Positions 25,687 to 38,840 are shown, counted from the stretch's first letter. The stretch: 64,000 nt of DNA from Geosiphon pyriformis uo1 (GCA_016748015.1 JAAOMT010000563.1:475504-539503), one strand, 5' to 3'. A program made the numbers and translations. The notes: generated from the letters alone by a model not told the origin.

Positions 25687-26656
25687 ATGGTTGAAAATCA
25701 ACAAAGAACCATCTTGAAATTTGGTTTCCTTATTAGCCTCTTTGCAATCTTCTCCCTTATGATTATGTTTAAAAGCAATTTTCTTTCGTTTAATTCGAAT
25801 ATTTGGGATCAAGGATTCAAAGAGATTGTCTCTAAAAATTATTTTTCGAAAAGTTTGAAAACGGAGAAAATTGGCGATAGTCAGGTTAGAAATGATTGCT
25901 ATATATATATATATATATTTGTCCTTTATATTTATAAAAAAAAATATTTTTTTAAAGTTAATAAAAATTTGTATATTTCATCATCTAGGTTCTCCAATCA
26001 AATTTAGAAGGTAATTAATTAATAATAGGAAAAGAACAAATTGAAACAATTTTTGAGATTTCATTCGCGTTATAAATTTTTTTTTCATAATTATTTTCCT
26101 AATATTTTAAATTTTTTTTTCCTAATTAAAAGATTACCCAATCCACAATTACCCACTTTTTCCATATTTTAAACGCCTTAACCTCACGATTAAACCAATT
26201 TCTGGAGATGGTGCCTGCTTATTTAGAGCTTTATCTGATCAATTATTTAAAACTGAATCACGACACCTTGAAGTTCGGCATAAAATTGTACATCAAATAA
26301 AACAAGACAAATCAGAAATAGAACCATTTATACAGTACGAAATGCCATTTAGACAATATGTTAAGTCAATGTCGCTTCCATTCACCTGGGGAGGTGAAAT
26401 AGAAATTACAAGGTTCTGTCGAGCATATAATGCACAATTGATTCATTATGGGGAAAAAAATATCAAAATTTATGGAGAAAAAATGAAGCCAGAATTTGTA
26501 GCCCATATTTCATATACGGGAAATCATTATGATTCTGTTTATAAATGGGATACTGAAACTGGCATGGAAAGTGTTGGAAGCGTTCAATCGTTAGATCTTG
26601 AAGGAATAAAAGTAAAGATTTTGGATTTGAGGGAATTTGTAAAGGATGAACTTTAA
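25687..26656 (+). CDS. OTU-family cysteine protease (deubiquitinase) with N-terminal hydrophobic segment; exons 25687-25884, 25989-26010, 26133-26656; 247 aa
   Basis: Two GT-AG introns give an open 744-nt CDS. OTU motifs GDGACLFRALSDQL (catalytic Cys), TWGGEIEI and HISYTGNHYDSV (catalytic His). N-terminus ILKFGFLISLFAIFSLMIMF. Confidence 0.85.
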
Positions 26657-27379
26657 TCTTTTTTTTTTTTGTATACCTTTAAAAAGAATAATAATCATGG
26701 ATATATATTAATAACTAATTGAAAATTTAAATAATAATTATAAAAAAAGAATAAAGTTTTACAAGTGTGATTTTTTAATATTATTTTTAATTTTACATTT
26801 ATTTTAAATTTTAACTGTGAAAACTTAAACTACATGAATTTTATTTTAATAAATATAATAAATATATTTAATTTATCGAATATTGAAATGTGAAGTATTA
26901 ATAAATTAATTAAAATAAATGTTTTTTTATGTAAAGAAAAACGAAGCTTAGAATTTGAATCATGATAATCTTGTATTTAAAACCTGCTTACTTGATCAAT
27001 TACAATAATATCAAGTCATAATAAATAAAGGTTATGAAATAAATGATTTCAGTTAATTTGATTTGTAAAACTAGTTTAATAGGATAAATACAAATTATTA
27101 CTCAGCCTTTTAAAAGCCTTGTTAAAAACATAATAGTGTTTTTAATAAATTTCTATGAAAGTAAAAAAATTCTCCCCAAAAACTCATGATTGGCAACGAC
27201 TGTTTTTCTACTATCAATAAAATATTAGAAATAATCACAATAATAATTAAATTGCATGGCATGCCAATTCTCATTTTTTGAAAAAATTTAAAAGAACTTT
27301 TCAAGTAACAATAAAATAGTTGATGAAATAATTAAAAATCCAATCTATATATATATTTATTCATTTACAAATAATAATG

Positions 27380-28230
27380 ACCATTATGTTAGAATCAATT
27401 ATTATGAATGGATTCCATGAGAACTTTTAAAGAATATCAAAAAAATTGTTGATGAAGGGTTTGGTACACAATTTATAAAGCAAATATATATTGATGGATT
27501 AATTAATTAAAACTAGTATAAAACATTATGATAATAGGGATTACGCAAAATTCTGAAACATTCGAGATGAAGATATGCTGAAAATATTTATTATCAAATT
27601 TTTATTCTACTCATTTGAATGATAAATTACTTATGGCATGTACATGATTGCCAGAGGACTTTTTACAATTCATCCTACGATATTCCACTTATGGAAAAGC
27701 AATTGGCAACCTTGGCTTTTACGTGTCAACCAACAAACAATGAAACATCAACAGAGAAAAAGAAAATTTATGGAGTAATTCCATAAATTCCCACCAAAAG
27801 TTTTTTAAGGGGAGAAAAGTATACGATGGCTGGTGATATTTATAGTTTAGAAATGTTATTATGGGAATTGGCAACAGGAAAACCTCCCTTCCATGATCGT
27901 CTTCTTCATAACCACCTTCTAGTGAATGATATTTTAAAGAGTATTTAGGCCTGAAATAAATTTCTCTCTTGTTCCACTTTTTTACACTAAACTTATTGAA
28001 AAGTGTTGGGATGCCATTCCATCAAATCATACTAACGCTAAAGAAGTTTGGGAAAAATTATGGAAATTTTTGAAACTAAGAGCACAGTTTAACGAATCAA
28101 AAAAAAAATGTTGAAAAAATGTTGAAAAATAGTACAACAATAGATTATATTTTAACAACTATTAATTCAAAGGCAGTGTATTCAAGTCATGTTTTAACTT
28201 TACAGTTGAGTGAAATTTTCATTTAAATTT
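27380..28230 (+). pseudogene. Protein kinase (TKL-like, Glomeromycotina-expanded type) pseudogene
   Basis: Remnants EWIP..KNIKKI..EGFGT, KKIYGVIP*I, KYTMAGDIYSLEMLLWELATGKPPFHDR, LIEKCWDAIPS; frameshifts, stops and a deleted catalytic-loop region. Confidence 0.85.
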
Positions 28231-29699
28231 ATCTAAAACTATATTTATTAATTATTAACTTTTTAATTCAATTAATATGCTAATCTTTATAAATAAACAA
28301 TTTTATAACAGAATTCTTATATCTCCCTGAAGGTAGGTGGTTAAAGAATTTAAATAAAATTTTTAAAATATTTATAACTAATTTATTAAAAAATTCACTA
28401 TTTATTATATTTAGAAGATTCTTGCTTGATAGATTTGATCGTGATCATGAATAATTGATGAGGTTGATATATATAATGGTAAGGAAATATATTTTATTTC
28501 TAAATTTTAATTATGCTTTTAATTTATTAAATAATTGCTTTCTAAAATTTAAATACCAGATATTTAAGAAGATTTCTTTGAATTTGTTAATATTTTAATA
28601 TTTAGAACTATTATATTTTGGAATTGTTTTTTTATAATTACAAATTAAATTCTTATTTTCAATTTAATTGTATTTAAAAAAGTTTCGGTTAACTTAAAAA
28701 TCAAAATTTATTTCAAAAAAAAATTTAATATATAATATATTATATACATATTACCCAAATTTCTTTTTAATTTAAAAAATATTTCTAATAAACATACTTT
28801 TCAATATTAATACCGTTATCAAAGAATTGAGACGAATATTTTAACCTAATTTATTATTATAATTTTATTTACTTTTAATTTGATTTTACTAGCATCCAAC
28901 ACAATATTACTTTTAACAGCCAAATAATTCAGAATAACTTTCATAAATACTGTAAATAGTAGAGCTTTTATTAATAATACTTTTTATTTTAATATTTTTA
29001 ACCATACTTGGTTTTTAGCATTTTAAATATTTAATAGCTCTTTTTTTATTTTGGCCAAAAAAACAATTTTAATGCTTTATTTATAATTTTATTATTAATT
29101 AAAACATAAACTTTATTATTAAAAATCAAATTATAAAATATTTAACAGAATATTTAATGTAGTTATGTCTTCAAATTTTACAAACTTTAATAATTTGGAA
29201 ACCAAAAGTTTTAATTTGTAAAACTCTGAAAAAAACTTGTTAATAGCATTATCAAACCTGTTAAACTTGGTTTTAAAAAAAACTTTTTTTAGTAAAACTT
29301 AATATTATATTCTTTAAAAAGTTTTACATATCATTAAAATATTTATTAGTCTTAGACTTTTTAAAATTATTTATAAAATTTAAAGTTATTATTAAATTAA
29401 TTCCTAAAATTTATTTAAATAAATATTATTTATTTTTTTCAAATTTTATTTTCAATAATTTCTATTGGCTTATTTATACAAATATTAATAGTTTTTTAAA
29501 CACTTTTAAATTTATTTTAAATTAGTTTAATTATATTTTTTTTATTAAAAAAAAACATTATAAAGACTCAAATTATTACATTTACTAAATTTGATATTGT
29601 ATTTATTTTAATTTTTATTAAAATCATTTTTTATAATAATAAATAAGCTTTTATTTAATGTTTTTACAATTAAATTATTTATTTTAAATTCATGAAAAA

Positions 29700-30480
29700 A
29701 AAGTTCTTTTAATAAAATTTTAACATAAAACCCAAACAATTAAAACAGAAAATAATAATATTTTATAAAAAATTTAAAAAACAACAATTTTTTAAAAATC
29801 TTTTTAATAATGAAAAAATATTTTAAAATATTATTATTAATAATTATAATAATTTTAAAATCCAAATAATTATTGTTTATTACAAAAACAAAATTTTTAA
29901 CTTCATTATATTTGTATTTAATTTTATAATTTTGAATAAATAGTTAATAAATAAATTAATTGCAAATCTTGTTAAACTTTTAAAACTTTTAGCTAAAACA
30001 ATACAGAAAAACCAAAAATCACAGAAAGTTTAGTATTAATTTTATTATAATTAGCTTTAGCAGTCTTAATATAATTCAAAATTTAAAAATCATAATTTTT
30101 TAGTTTGTTATTAATATAAAAACACTAGTTATATGACACAAAATTGTAACAATCTTCCAATGTTTTTTTTTAAATTTAAGAAATAATTATCAGCAAAATA
30201 ATAAGAACAACAATAATAAAATTCCTAATTTAAATATTAATTAAACTTATATAAACTTTTTTGTTTAGTTTAATTTAATTAATAACAACATAAAACTATA
30301 AAAAAATAATAGCAAACTATTAAATTATATTAGATTTAAAAAACAAAAAGTAAATTTTAATTTAAATTCTAGTGCTACTGTTTTAATATTCAACCACAAA
30401 GATAAAATTTTAAAGTTAAAAATATTTGAAAATCTGCCAAAATTAAATTACTTAAAATTGTTTAAAAATCAGATTTTTAT
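29700..30480 (+). mobile_element. Highly eroded LTR-retrotransposon gag remnant
   Basis: 30106-30147 reads C-Y-*-Y-K-N-T-S-Y-M-T-Q-N-C, exact CX2CX4HX4C spacing once TAT>TGT/CAT and AGT>GGT are reverted. 30345-30440 is repeated at ~32430-32530. Boundaries are approximate. Confidence 0.5.
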
Positions 30481-31913
30481 TCAATTGTAAAAAATTTAAT
30501 AAAAACACTTACTTATATTATTTTTGGTTAATCTTTAATCATTAATACTTAAGAAAAAACAATTTAAGACTAATAAATATTCTTAATAAACAATATTAAT
30601 TCTTAATAATAATAATATTTCTTTTATTTATAAAAAACAAATATCTAAATATATAAATTTAATATTAAATAGTGGTTTTAGTTAGTATTATAGCTTAATA
30701 TTTTTAAATACAATTAAAAAAAATCAATAAATTATCAACTAAATTTATAATTAATGTTTATAAAAATTAAAAAAATCTAGAAACATCTAAACACACAATG
30801 TTTAAGATTTCTGTCTAAATTTATGAAGTTGTTTTTTTAAAAGCTTTATATATTTTATTATTTTAATATTTGAATTGTCTTTTATATGACAATTTTTGTT
30901 TATAGACAAAACTTTTTTGTTATTTTTCTAAGTGTATTAAAAAAAAAGATTTTGGCAGTTATGTATTTGAGCTATACTTTTCTATATTACTGCCAATTTT
31001 CTGTCTTTTATGACAGTTTTTTGTTAAATGATAACAAAATATACTCTAATTTTGTCTTCAATTATTATCTGTTTTTTAATAATAAACAAAACATTTAAAT
31101 AATTTTTTATCTAATATTCATAAAGTGGAAAGAGAGCATTTTGTATGTTTTAATGCTTAAAAATGGGTTTATTTAATTCTTAAATTCACCAGTAGTTTTT
31201 GTCAAAAAACCTGATTTTGTTTTAATTATAAATAACTTAGCAATGTTATAAAAAAGTTACTTATATTTTCATTATTAATATCGCTTAAACTCTATTTCAA
31301 GATTAAAAAAAGCATATTTAAAACTCGAATATAGTTGATTATTTATTATTAAATTTAATATTGTATAAATTAGTGTATAATTAAATCTTTTCTTTTTTCA
31401 TACTTCAGAATAGTGGGAATTTTAATTTTAATTAGAAAATACCCCAATTTATAAATATTTTTTAGACAACATAGTTATTCAAAACTTAGTGTCTCCAAGC
31501 TAAGGCTATATTTTTATTGAAAAACTTCACCCTCTCAAAATTTCCTTATTGAATATTTACCAAAGTTTATTTTATTATTATTATTATTATTGCCTAATAA
31601 AAACTAAAACACTAACTAAATAAACTTTTTTCTTTGGCGGAAAACACCAGTATTGATTTAAAAGTTACATTTCTATTGTAAAAAAAAAGCTTTTTATGTT
31701 AGTGTGATAAAAACCTAAAAATCCAGAAATCCCTTTTTATCAAAGCGACTTTTAAGTTCTAAAGTTTTTTTAGTCTTTAAAATAAATCAAATGATATTCT
31801 TTTAACTTTATTGTGAAGCTCAAAATTGTAGCTATTAGCATATTCTGCCAATGAAAATTTCTTAGATAGTACAGTCTTCAGAAGATATATAATCAAATTG
31901 AATAAAAGCGAAT

Positions 31914-32397
31914 TTATCTTTTTATAATTTGAAAAACTTCAAACTCCTCGCAAAAGATAGCATGCTCATAATCTGTTGTCTTATTACAAAAGCAGCCTGA
32001 ACTACTTTTAAAGTCATTGCCATACAAACAAATATTACTATTTCCAAAATGGGGTCCATAATTTGGATGACCATAAGGTCCACATCCGCTAACAAATTTG
32101 CTAAGTTTAGCATTTCCAACTTTGCTATCTCCAAGGGAAAAAATAAAACTTCCTTTTCCCTCCAACCAATCAATTCTAGAATGTCACGATTGTGGGTTAT
32201 AGCCGCCAATTAGCTGAAGTTCCTTTCACTTTGATTACGCTAATTGTCGCTCCTTTACATCACATAATCGATGAAAATAGGCTGGAGTGAATCCGTCTCG
32301 ACTGCCTCGAAGTAACAATGTAAAATCATTTCCAAATTGATTTTCAAACGGAGTATGTTCGTCTTTGCTTTGAATCCAATGATCAAGCTGTTTTATA
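31914..32397 (-). pseudogene. BTB-TLDc family 3' fragment (TLDc domain only; copy B)
   Basis: LLLRGSRDGFTPAYFHRLCDVKGATI..IGGYNPQS, SFIFSLG, YGPHFG, EEFEVFQI; truncated at ~32397 by unrelated AT-rich repeat sequence. Confidence 0.88.
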
Positions 32398-34235
32398 ATA
32401 AGCTATTAATCCAAATTAGCTTCAAGAAGTTAAAAGTGAATTTTAATATAAATTTTAATGTTACTTTTTTAATATTTAATAACAAAAATAAAGTTTTAAA
32501 ATTAAAGATATTAGAAAATTTATCAAAAATTGGAATTATTAGAAATTATTTAAAAATTAAGCTCTTATTTAGTTGTTATTATAAAGAATTATTTTGGGTA
32601 AATTAAGATATTTTATTTAAATATTACTAACTTTTAATTAATAATTTTGTTTTTTAATGTTAATAAAATACTTAATAATCTAAAAGTCTTATTTGAATAA
32701 GTTTTATTAAATCTTAATAAATTATGACTAACTTTTTTGTTTATATGACATTTTTTAGTTTAAATAATAATTTGTTAATTGTTATTATCAAACTTATTGG
32801 TAGAATTCTTGATTTTCTATGTTTAATAAAAACATGTCTTTATATTTTTAATTATTTTTTTTCTTGTAATTCTTATGAATATTTTTTTAAATTCATGTTT
32901 TTATTTTTAAATATTTGGATTATTACCTATAATATAAGTAATACTTCTTTTCAATAAATATAAAACTAAAAGCTTTAATATATTTTGAAATAATTTTAAT
33001 CAAAAATTATTTTTTTGGCTTTTCTAAATTTTAAAGTTAATTAGAAAACATAAACAAAAATAAACAAAATTTAATAATTAGATTTCAAGTTTTTTTATAT
33101 TTTTATTTATTTTATAATTAATTGATTGATTGATTGATACTACTTTTTTACAAATTAAAAACTATTATATATATATTATTTTCAATTATACAGAATAGAA
33201 CTATTTTTAATATAATTGTAAACTAATAAATTTTTTGCTTATTAATAAATGTTTTTTAAGTCACTTTTTAAAAATTTATAGAATTAAGTATAATTTTATT
33301 ATGTTTTTTTTATATATTGTTTATAAATTATATTATTTATATTATATAAAATAATTGTATGTCAAATTTTGTTGAATAATATTATTAAAAATTTAATGAA
33401 AACACCAATTTATATTATTTTTACTAAACTCATAACACATTTATAGTTTTAAAAAAGTTTTAAAAATTATTCCTTATTAATCAGTCCATTAAGTTTGATA
33501 GATATTTATTGGGATTAGACAAAAAATTCTTTTTAGGATAGTTTGATGCTAAATAAATAAAATTTTCATTATATTTAACAAAGGTTTTTATTCTTTCAAG
33601 AGAATCAACTTGAACAATAATCTCAAAAGATGGGTTTTGATGTGATAAAATATTTTGTTCCTATTTTATCAAAAAATTATATTTGAGGAGACTAAATTTT
33701 ACAAGTGTTTCTTGGTAATGCGAATTTAACTTTAACAAGATACTGTAACTAATCAAAATTATTTCATTATCGACTCATTTTCACATTACTTGATCAATTT
33801 TAAATTTTTATTGAAATAAAGAATTGTAAATTTTAATTTACAACAGTGTCTACTTAACTAAAAAAAAAATTGACAAAGTAATGTAAAAGAAGTTTTATAT
33901 GATCTTAAACTATTATTGAACCATTTGTAAAATTTTAATCTTAAAATAATACAAGCTTTATTTAAATAAATTAAAAAATCCAAGCTTAATTTAAAATAAA
34001 CATCAATCAAATTTATGGGATTTTCGAAAAGCGAATGTTTGAGAGTTGGTTACAAAATAAAAACTAAACAAAGTTTTTATAAAAAGCTTCAGTGGATAAA
34101 AGTTTCAGTGAAGATTGGTTTAAATAAACTGTTTTAATTGAGTTATTTAAAAAATATTAGAAATTTCAATAGTTAATTAACTTTATTAATGTCAACTTAA
34201 TTTTTCATTTTTATTCCAATTAGAAATAAAGTTTT

Positions 34236-34237
<2 letters not shown>

Positions 34238-34267
<30 letters not shown>
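34238..34267 (+). repeat. (TCAA)n microsatellite
   Basis: About 7 tandem units; similar arrays at ~24935, ~33122 (TTGA) and ~35607 (TTGA). Confidence 0.85.
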
Positions 34268-34269
<2 letters not shown>

Positions 34270-34865
34270 TAGTTTCAATGAGAAACTTTATGCAAAACAT
34301 TACTTGACATTTTAAATCATAAATAGGGCAAGATAAACGAAAATATATATTAATTATTAAGTTTCAGATAAGGGGACCTTCTTGTTAAGCAAATAACTTG
34401 GAAAAGAAATTAAGAATAATGTTTAAAACATGATGAGAATACTTGCATTCATTCTTTGAGTAACCATGCCAAAAGAATTCCTAATATTAATAGTAAAAAA
34501 GTGACTAGAGAAGCTGATAGACTATTTTTAAAAAAATGAATATATAATTATATTATCTTTTAAAATATGGAAATAATTTGATGTTCTAAACGGAGATCCA
34601 AAATTAGAAATTTTCATTTAATAAACTCCACAATCATTTGGCTAATGCTAGCAGTTTAAGTGATTGAGTGGAAGTGATAGAGCTATACTATATGAAACAA
34701 TATATATAAAAATATATGTATCAGAATTCTTGCGAGATTATATTATATCCACATGAATAATTTTACTATCAAATTGTAGTATGATATGGTACTCTTTGAA
34801 GTTTATTTTATGAGATGAAAGGGTGTTATAAATAGAAATTTCTTTAACAAGAAAAAAAAAATCAC

Positions 34866-34900
34866 CCCCTCCCCCCTCCTTCCCCCCTAAAGAAAGTTCT
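34866..34900 (+). promoter_or_regulatory. Putative stress-response promoter elements: three CCCCT (STRE-like) motifs plus an HSE dimer aGAAagTTCt
   Basis: CCCCT at 34866, 34873 and 34884 and nGAAnnTTCn at 34891-34900, ~100 bp upstream of the HSP20 ATG. Confidence 0.5.
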
Positions 34901-34992
34901 AACTAGTTAGAGTGAAATATTAACCTTCTTACCTTAAAACTGAAAAATTTTAACTTCTTTGCCTAATCAACAAATAAAAAAGTTCAGACAAA

Positions 34993-35494
34993 ATGTCTCT
35001 CTTATACGGAACCGATCCAGGTTTTCAGGTGATACCAATAAGTCGTCGTCTTCTAGGTCGTACTGGTCCCACACAACCATGGGTACCAGTTATTGATCTT
35101 CATGAATCTGAAAAGGAATTTGTATTAAAGGCTGAACTACCTGCAAGTTGAAATTCAGACTTTATCATGAAAAATTTTTTAGTCATTAATTTTTTTAATA
35201 CTTAATACTATTGTCTTTCCTAATCACCCCGAATAGGGTGTTTCTAAAGAAAATTTAAACGTTGAAATACGTGATAATGTTTTAATCATCTCTGGCGAGT
35301 CTAAAAAAGATGAAAAGTATAAATATGGAAACGTTCATATCCAAGAGCGTCGCTACGGTGCTTACACACGTTCGGTTCCCTTGCCAGCTAACATTAAACC
35401 AGACGAGATTAACGCGAAATTAGAGGAGGGTGTCTTGGAAATTAAAATTCCCAAGGACGAAAAGCTTGGCAAAAAGAAGATTCCTATCCAATAA
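34993..35494 (+). CDS. HSP20: Small heat-shock protein (HSP20/alpha-crystallin domain); exons 34993-35142 and 35237-35494; 135 aa; not in the ORF track
   Basis: WVPVIDLHESEKEFVLKAELP|GVSKENLNVEIRDNVLIISGE...ERRYGAYTRSVPLPANIKPDEINAKLEEGVLEIKIPK. Phase-0 intron with GCAAGT donor, CTAAT branch point (35220) and TAG acceptor. Confidence 0.93.
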
Positions 35495-35949
35495 AAGAAA
35501 TCTAACAACTAGTTTAAAATGAATCTTATTGATAATTAGTCTTTAATTTCCTTGGTATGACACTTGTTATCCCCTCTTGCTTATTTTTTTATTGTAATGA
35601 AAACTATTGATTGATTGATTGATTGATTGAAGAGGTAAGATTTTATTTCTATTGAGTTGTGTTTCACCATAGTTTTTTTCAAGAAAGCTTTTAAACAGGA
35701 TCAAATTGTTATTTTTTGGTGATGTATCTTCTCAAGTACTAGATTTTTCTTGAGCTGACAATTTCCATTTGCCAGTTTTTAATTTGAAATAGTGTTAAAA
35801 ATATTAAACATTATTAAAAAAAATTAAAACAAATTAAGTAAGTTAGAAAAAACATCCAAAAACAACAAAAAAAGAAAATTTAAATATTAAAAAAAATTCA
35901 AAAACTGAGAAAATAAGTTAAAGATAAGGAATAAATATAAAGTGCAAAT

Positions 35950-36830
35950 ACGATACATTGCTGACAACAATTAAGAGAAGTAAAAACTTTGTAAAAATTA
36001 CTTTTTTATTTATTTTATATTTATAGATCTTGACTTTATAAACAATTATGTGGAATTGTAAAAAAAAACACTTATTCTAATCTTGGTTACTTTTTTATAC
36101 TTTTTACAAAGGTTACTATTGTATTTAGGTTTTGTAGAAAATAAGTTTATTATATAACACATTTATATTTTTTTTTATTTTTTATAAAGTAAAAAAATAA
36201 TTGAAATAAAATTTGGCAAATAATTTCTCTAATTTTTTGTATTAAAAAGTTTTTTTGCAATTTTTAGCTAATTATAGTAAAAAATTTAAGCTATTAAATG
36301 AATACTGTTACTAGATCATCAATTTTTTTAATGATATAATTGTAAAACACTTAAATAAAATGTTTTATAAAGTAGCATTTGTTCAATTTATTATTGAATT
36401 TTTTAATAAGCTTTTTATAAAACCAAAATTTAAAATAAATTTATTGATAGTAAAAAAATATTATTGAATTTCTTTATACTCAATTGAAAAGAAACAAAGT
36501 AATTCCATAATTAAAGGAATTTTTTTGCAAAATATTAGGTATAAATCAAATATTTTTTATATATTAAAAATACTATAAATTTTCTAAATATTATATTTTA
36601 ATATTTTTGATTTCAATTAAGTCTCTTCTAATATTATAGTATAATTATTCTTACTAATTTTATTTAATAATATTTAATTGTAATGTATAGAAAAAAATTG
36701 GCTAAATAAGATTAAAAAAAATACCATAATTTACAGTATATTGGCTAAAATTATTAAAGAAAAAATTTGATTCCTGAAATATAAATATACCAAAAGGTTG
36801 TTTTATTAATAAAAATAAAATATTTACATT
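35950..36830 (+). mobile_element. Possible hAT transposase ghost
   Basis: NTVTRSSIFLMI (~36301) resembles DVxTRWNSTYxM; YSILAKIIKEK...TKRLF (~36733-36802) resembles the hAT dimerisation motif YPxLAxxARDxLxIPxxSxxxERxF. Very degenerate. Confidence 0.4.
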
Positions 36831-37333
36831 TTTACATATTTTAGAATGTAATCATAGAAATTATTTTGCTTTTAGCCATAAAAATAGAAAACTTTTCTTT
36901 TCAATTCTATTATAAAATTGATTATTTTAATTAAACAAATTTAGATAACCTCCCAATTTTCAGAACTTTAATTAGTTAATTTGTATTAAGAATTTTTTTT
37001 AAAATGCAAACTCAAAATTTTGTGGAAACAAAACAAAAAGTACTTTTAGTTGAACTTTTTTTGCATATAGAAATTTTAATTTTAATTCAAAAAACAAGAA
37101 GAAAGCTATTCATTCTAAAATAATAATAAAAAGAAAGCGAAATTAGATATTTTAAATTATCAAAAATTACCTCCATTTTAAAGGTTTTTTTGATGTTTAA
37201 AATAAGTTAAATAGTATTCTTTTAACTTTATTGTGAAATTCAAAATAGGAGCCTAGAGAATATTCTGCCAGTGAAATGTTTTTAGGTAGCAGGGCCTTCA
37301 GAAAATGTACAATCAAATTAAATAAAAGCGAAT

Positions 37334-38840
37334 TTATTGTTTCATAATTTGAAAAACTTCATACTCTTCGAAAAAGAAATCCAACGCGTCATTTTCTGAT
37401 CTAGGCATTATAACATGCTCATAATCTGTTGTCTTTATACAATAACACCCTGGACTACTTTTAAAGTCTTTGGCATACCAAACAATATTGCCTTGTCCAA
37501 AAGAGGGTCCATGGGTTGACCCACCACAAGGTCCATATGTGCCAACAAATTTGTCAAGTTTACCATTTCCAGCTTTGCCATCTCCAAGGGAAAAAATAAA
37601 ACTTCATTTTCCCTCTAAAAATCTATTCCTAGAATGCCACGATTGTGGGTTTTAGCCGCCAATTAGATGACCAGTTCCTTTCACTTTGATTATGCTTACA
37701 GTTGCTCCTTTATTATGACATAATCGATGAAAGTCGGCTGGAGCGAATCCGTCTCGACTGCCTCGAAGTAACAATTTAAAATCATTTCTAACTTGATTTT
37801 CAGAAGAAGTATTCTCGTCTTTGCCTTCAATCCAATGATCTAGCTGTTTTACATTGTGCAATTGAAGAAGCTTTGAACCAATATTTAATCGAGAACAACG
37901 TAATGGCTGAGCGTCTACAGACTTTTGATGACTACCCGGTACGCGATAATGATGTAAAAGAACTTCATATAAAGTTCCAGGTAAGATTTTCGCAAATGGT
38001 TTTACTTTGTGATAAAAGTTAAATGAAGATATGTTAAAGAAGCGAATTAAAGGTAGAAGTCTTTCAATGGATTTCTTAAAGGCGTTAAAGTTTTCATCTG
38101 TCCAGTAAAGAACGTTCTTCGTCTGAATATTGTTATCGAATTTAGCAACTCCCCATTCTACAATTTTTTCACATATTTCGGATTCTTCTATATTTAGGTC
38201 ATCCCGAGTTAAAATTGAGGAAAGAGCATTTTCACTGAGGGAGGTGAAATCTTGGGAATTGAAGACTATAGCTGGATTGTTTGCAGCTATTTCGGTGCAG
38301 TAATTTTGTAAATTTTTGAAAGAATCATGCATAAATGAAGTTTTCTGCAAAATGGCGAAATTTTTTTATAGCTCTTTTGCATGGTATTGAATCAAATAGT
38401 CCTCAAGAGGATCAATAAAATTCTCTAGAATAAGTTCGTCAGCGATAACAAGCAATTCTAAAATGGTAAGCACTCCATGTTTATGAAGAGAGATCTCGCC
38501 CGTTATAAATATAACTGTACAGGAAAATAAAAGATATGCATTTATGTTGGCCAAAATATTTAAAAGCAAACGAAAACCCTTACCTGAGAATTATTTCAAA
38601 AATTTTAGGTGAAATATTAGGTTTAGTGAAGATAATGGCATTGTTTTCCCTTTTAACCCAATTACTAGAGAGTGCTACAGCAAAATATGGTGATCTTGCT
38701 GATAAAATTTGTGAATGAGCATGAAAAATTCTGATATTGGGGGCCTTTCCAACAACAATCCTAAAATCAGAGAAATTCTGACTATCTAGTAAATTCCCGA
38801 AATCATTGGATAAAACGTGAAAGTGTTGTTGAAGTGACAT
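37334..38840 (-). pseudogene. BTB/POZ-(BACK)-TLDc domain gene, least-decayed copy (copy C); intron 38515-38583; young pseudogene
   Basis: ATG 38840 (MSLQQHFHVLSNDFGNLL..DFRIVVGK..FHAHSQILSARSPYF); GT-AG intron; TLDc LLLRGSRDGF..FHRLCHNKGAT..GG*NPQSW..GPSFG..EEYEVFQI; natural stop at 37334. Lesions: +1 frameshift at ~38500, TAA at 38366 and TAA at 37652. Confidence 0.9.
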
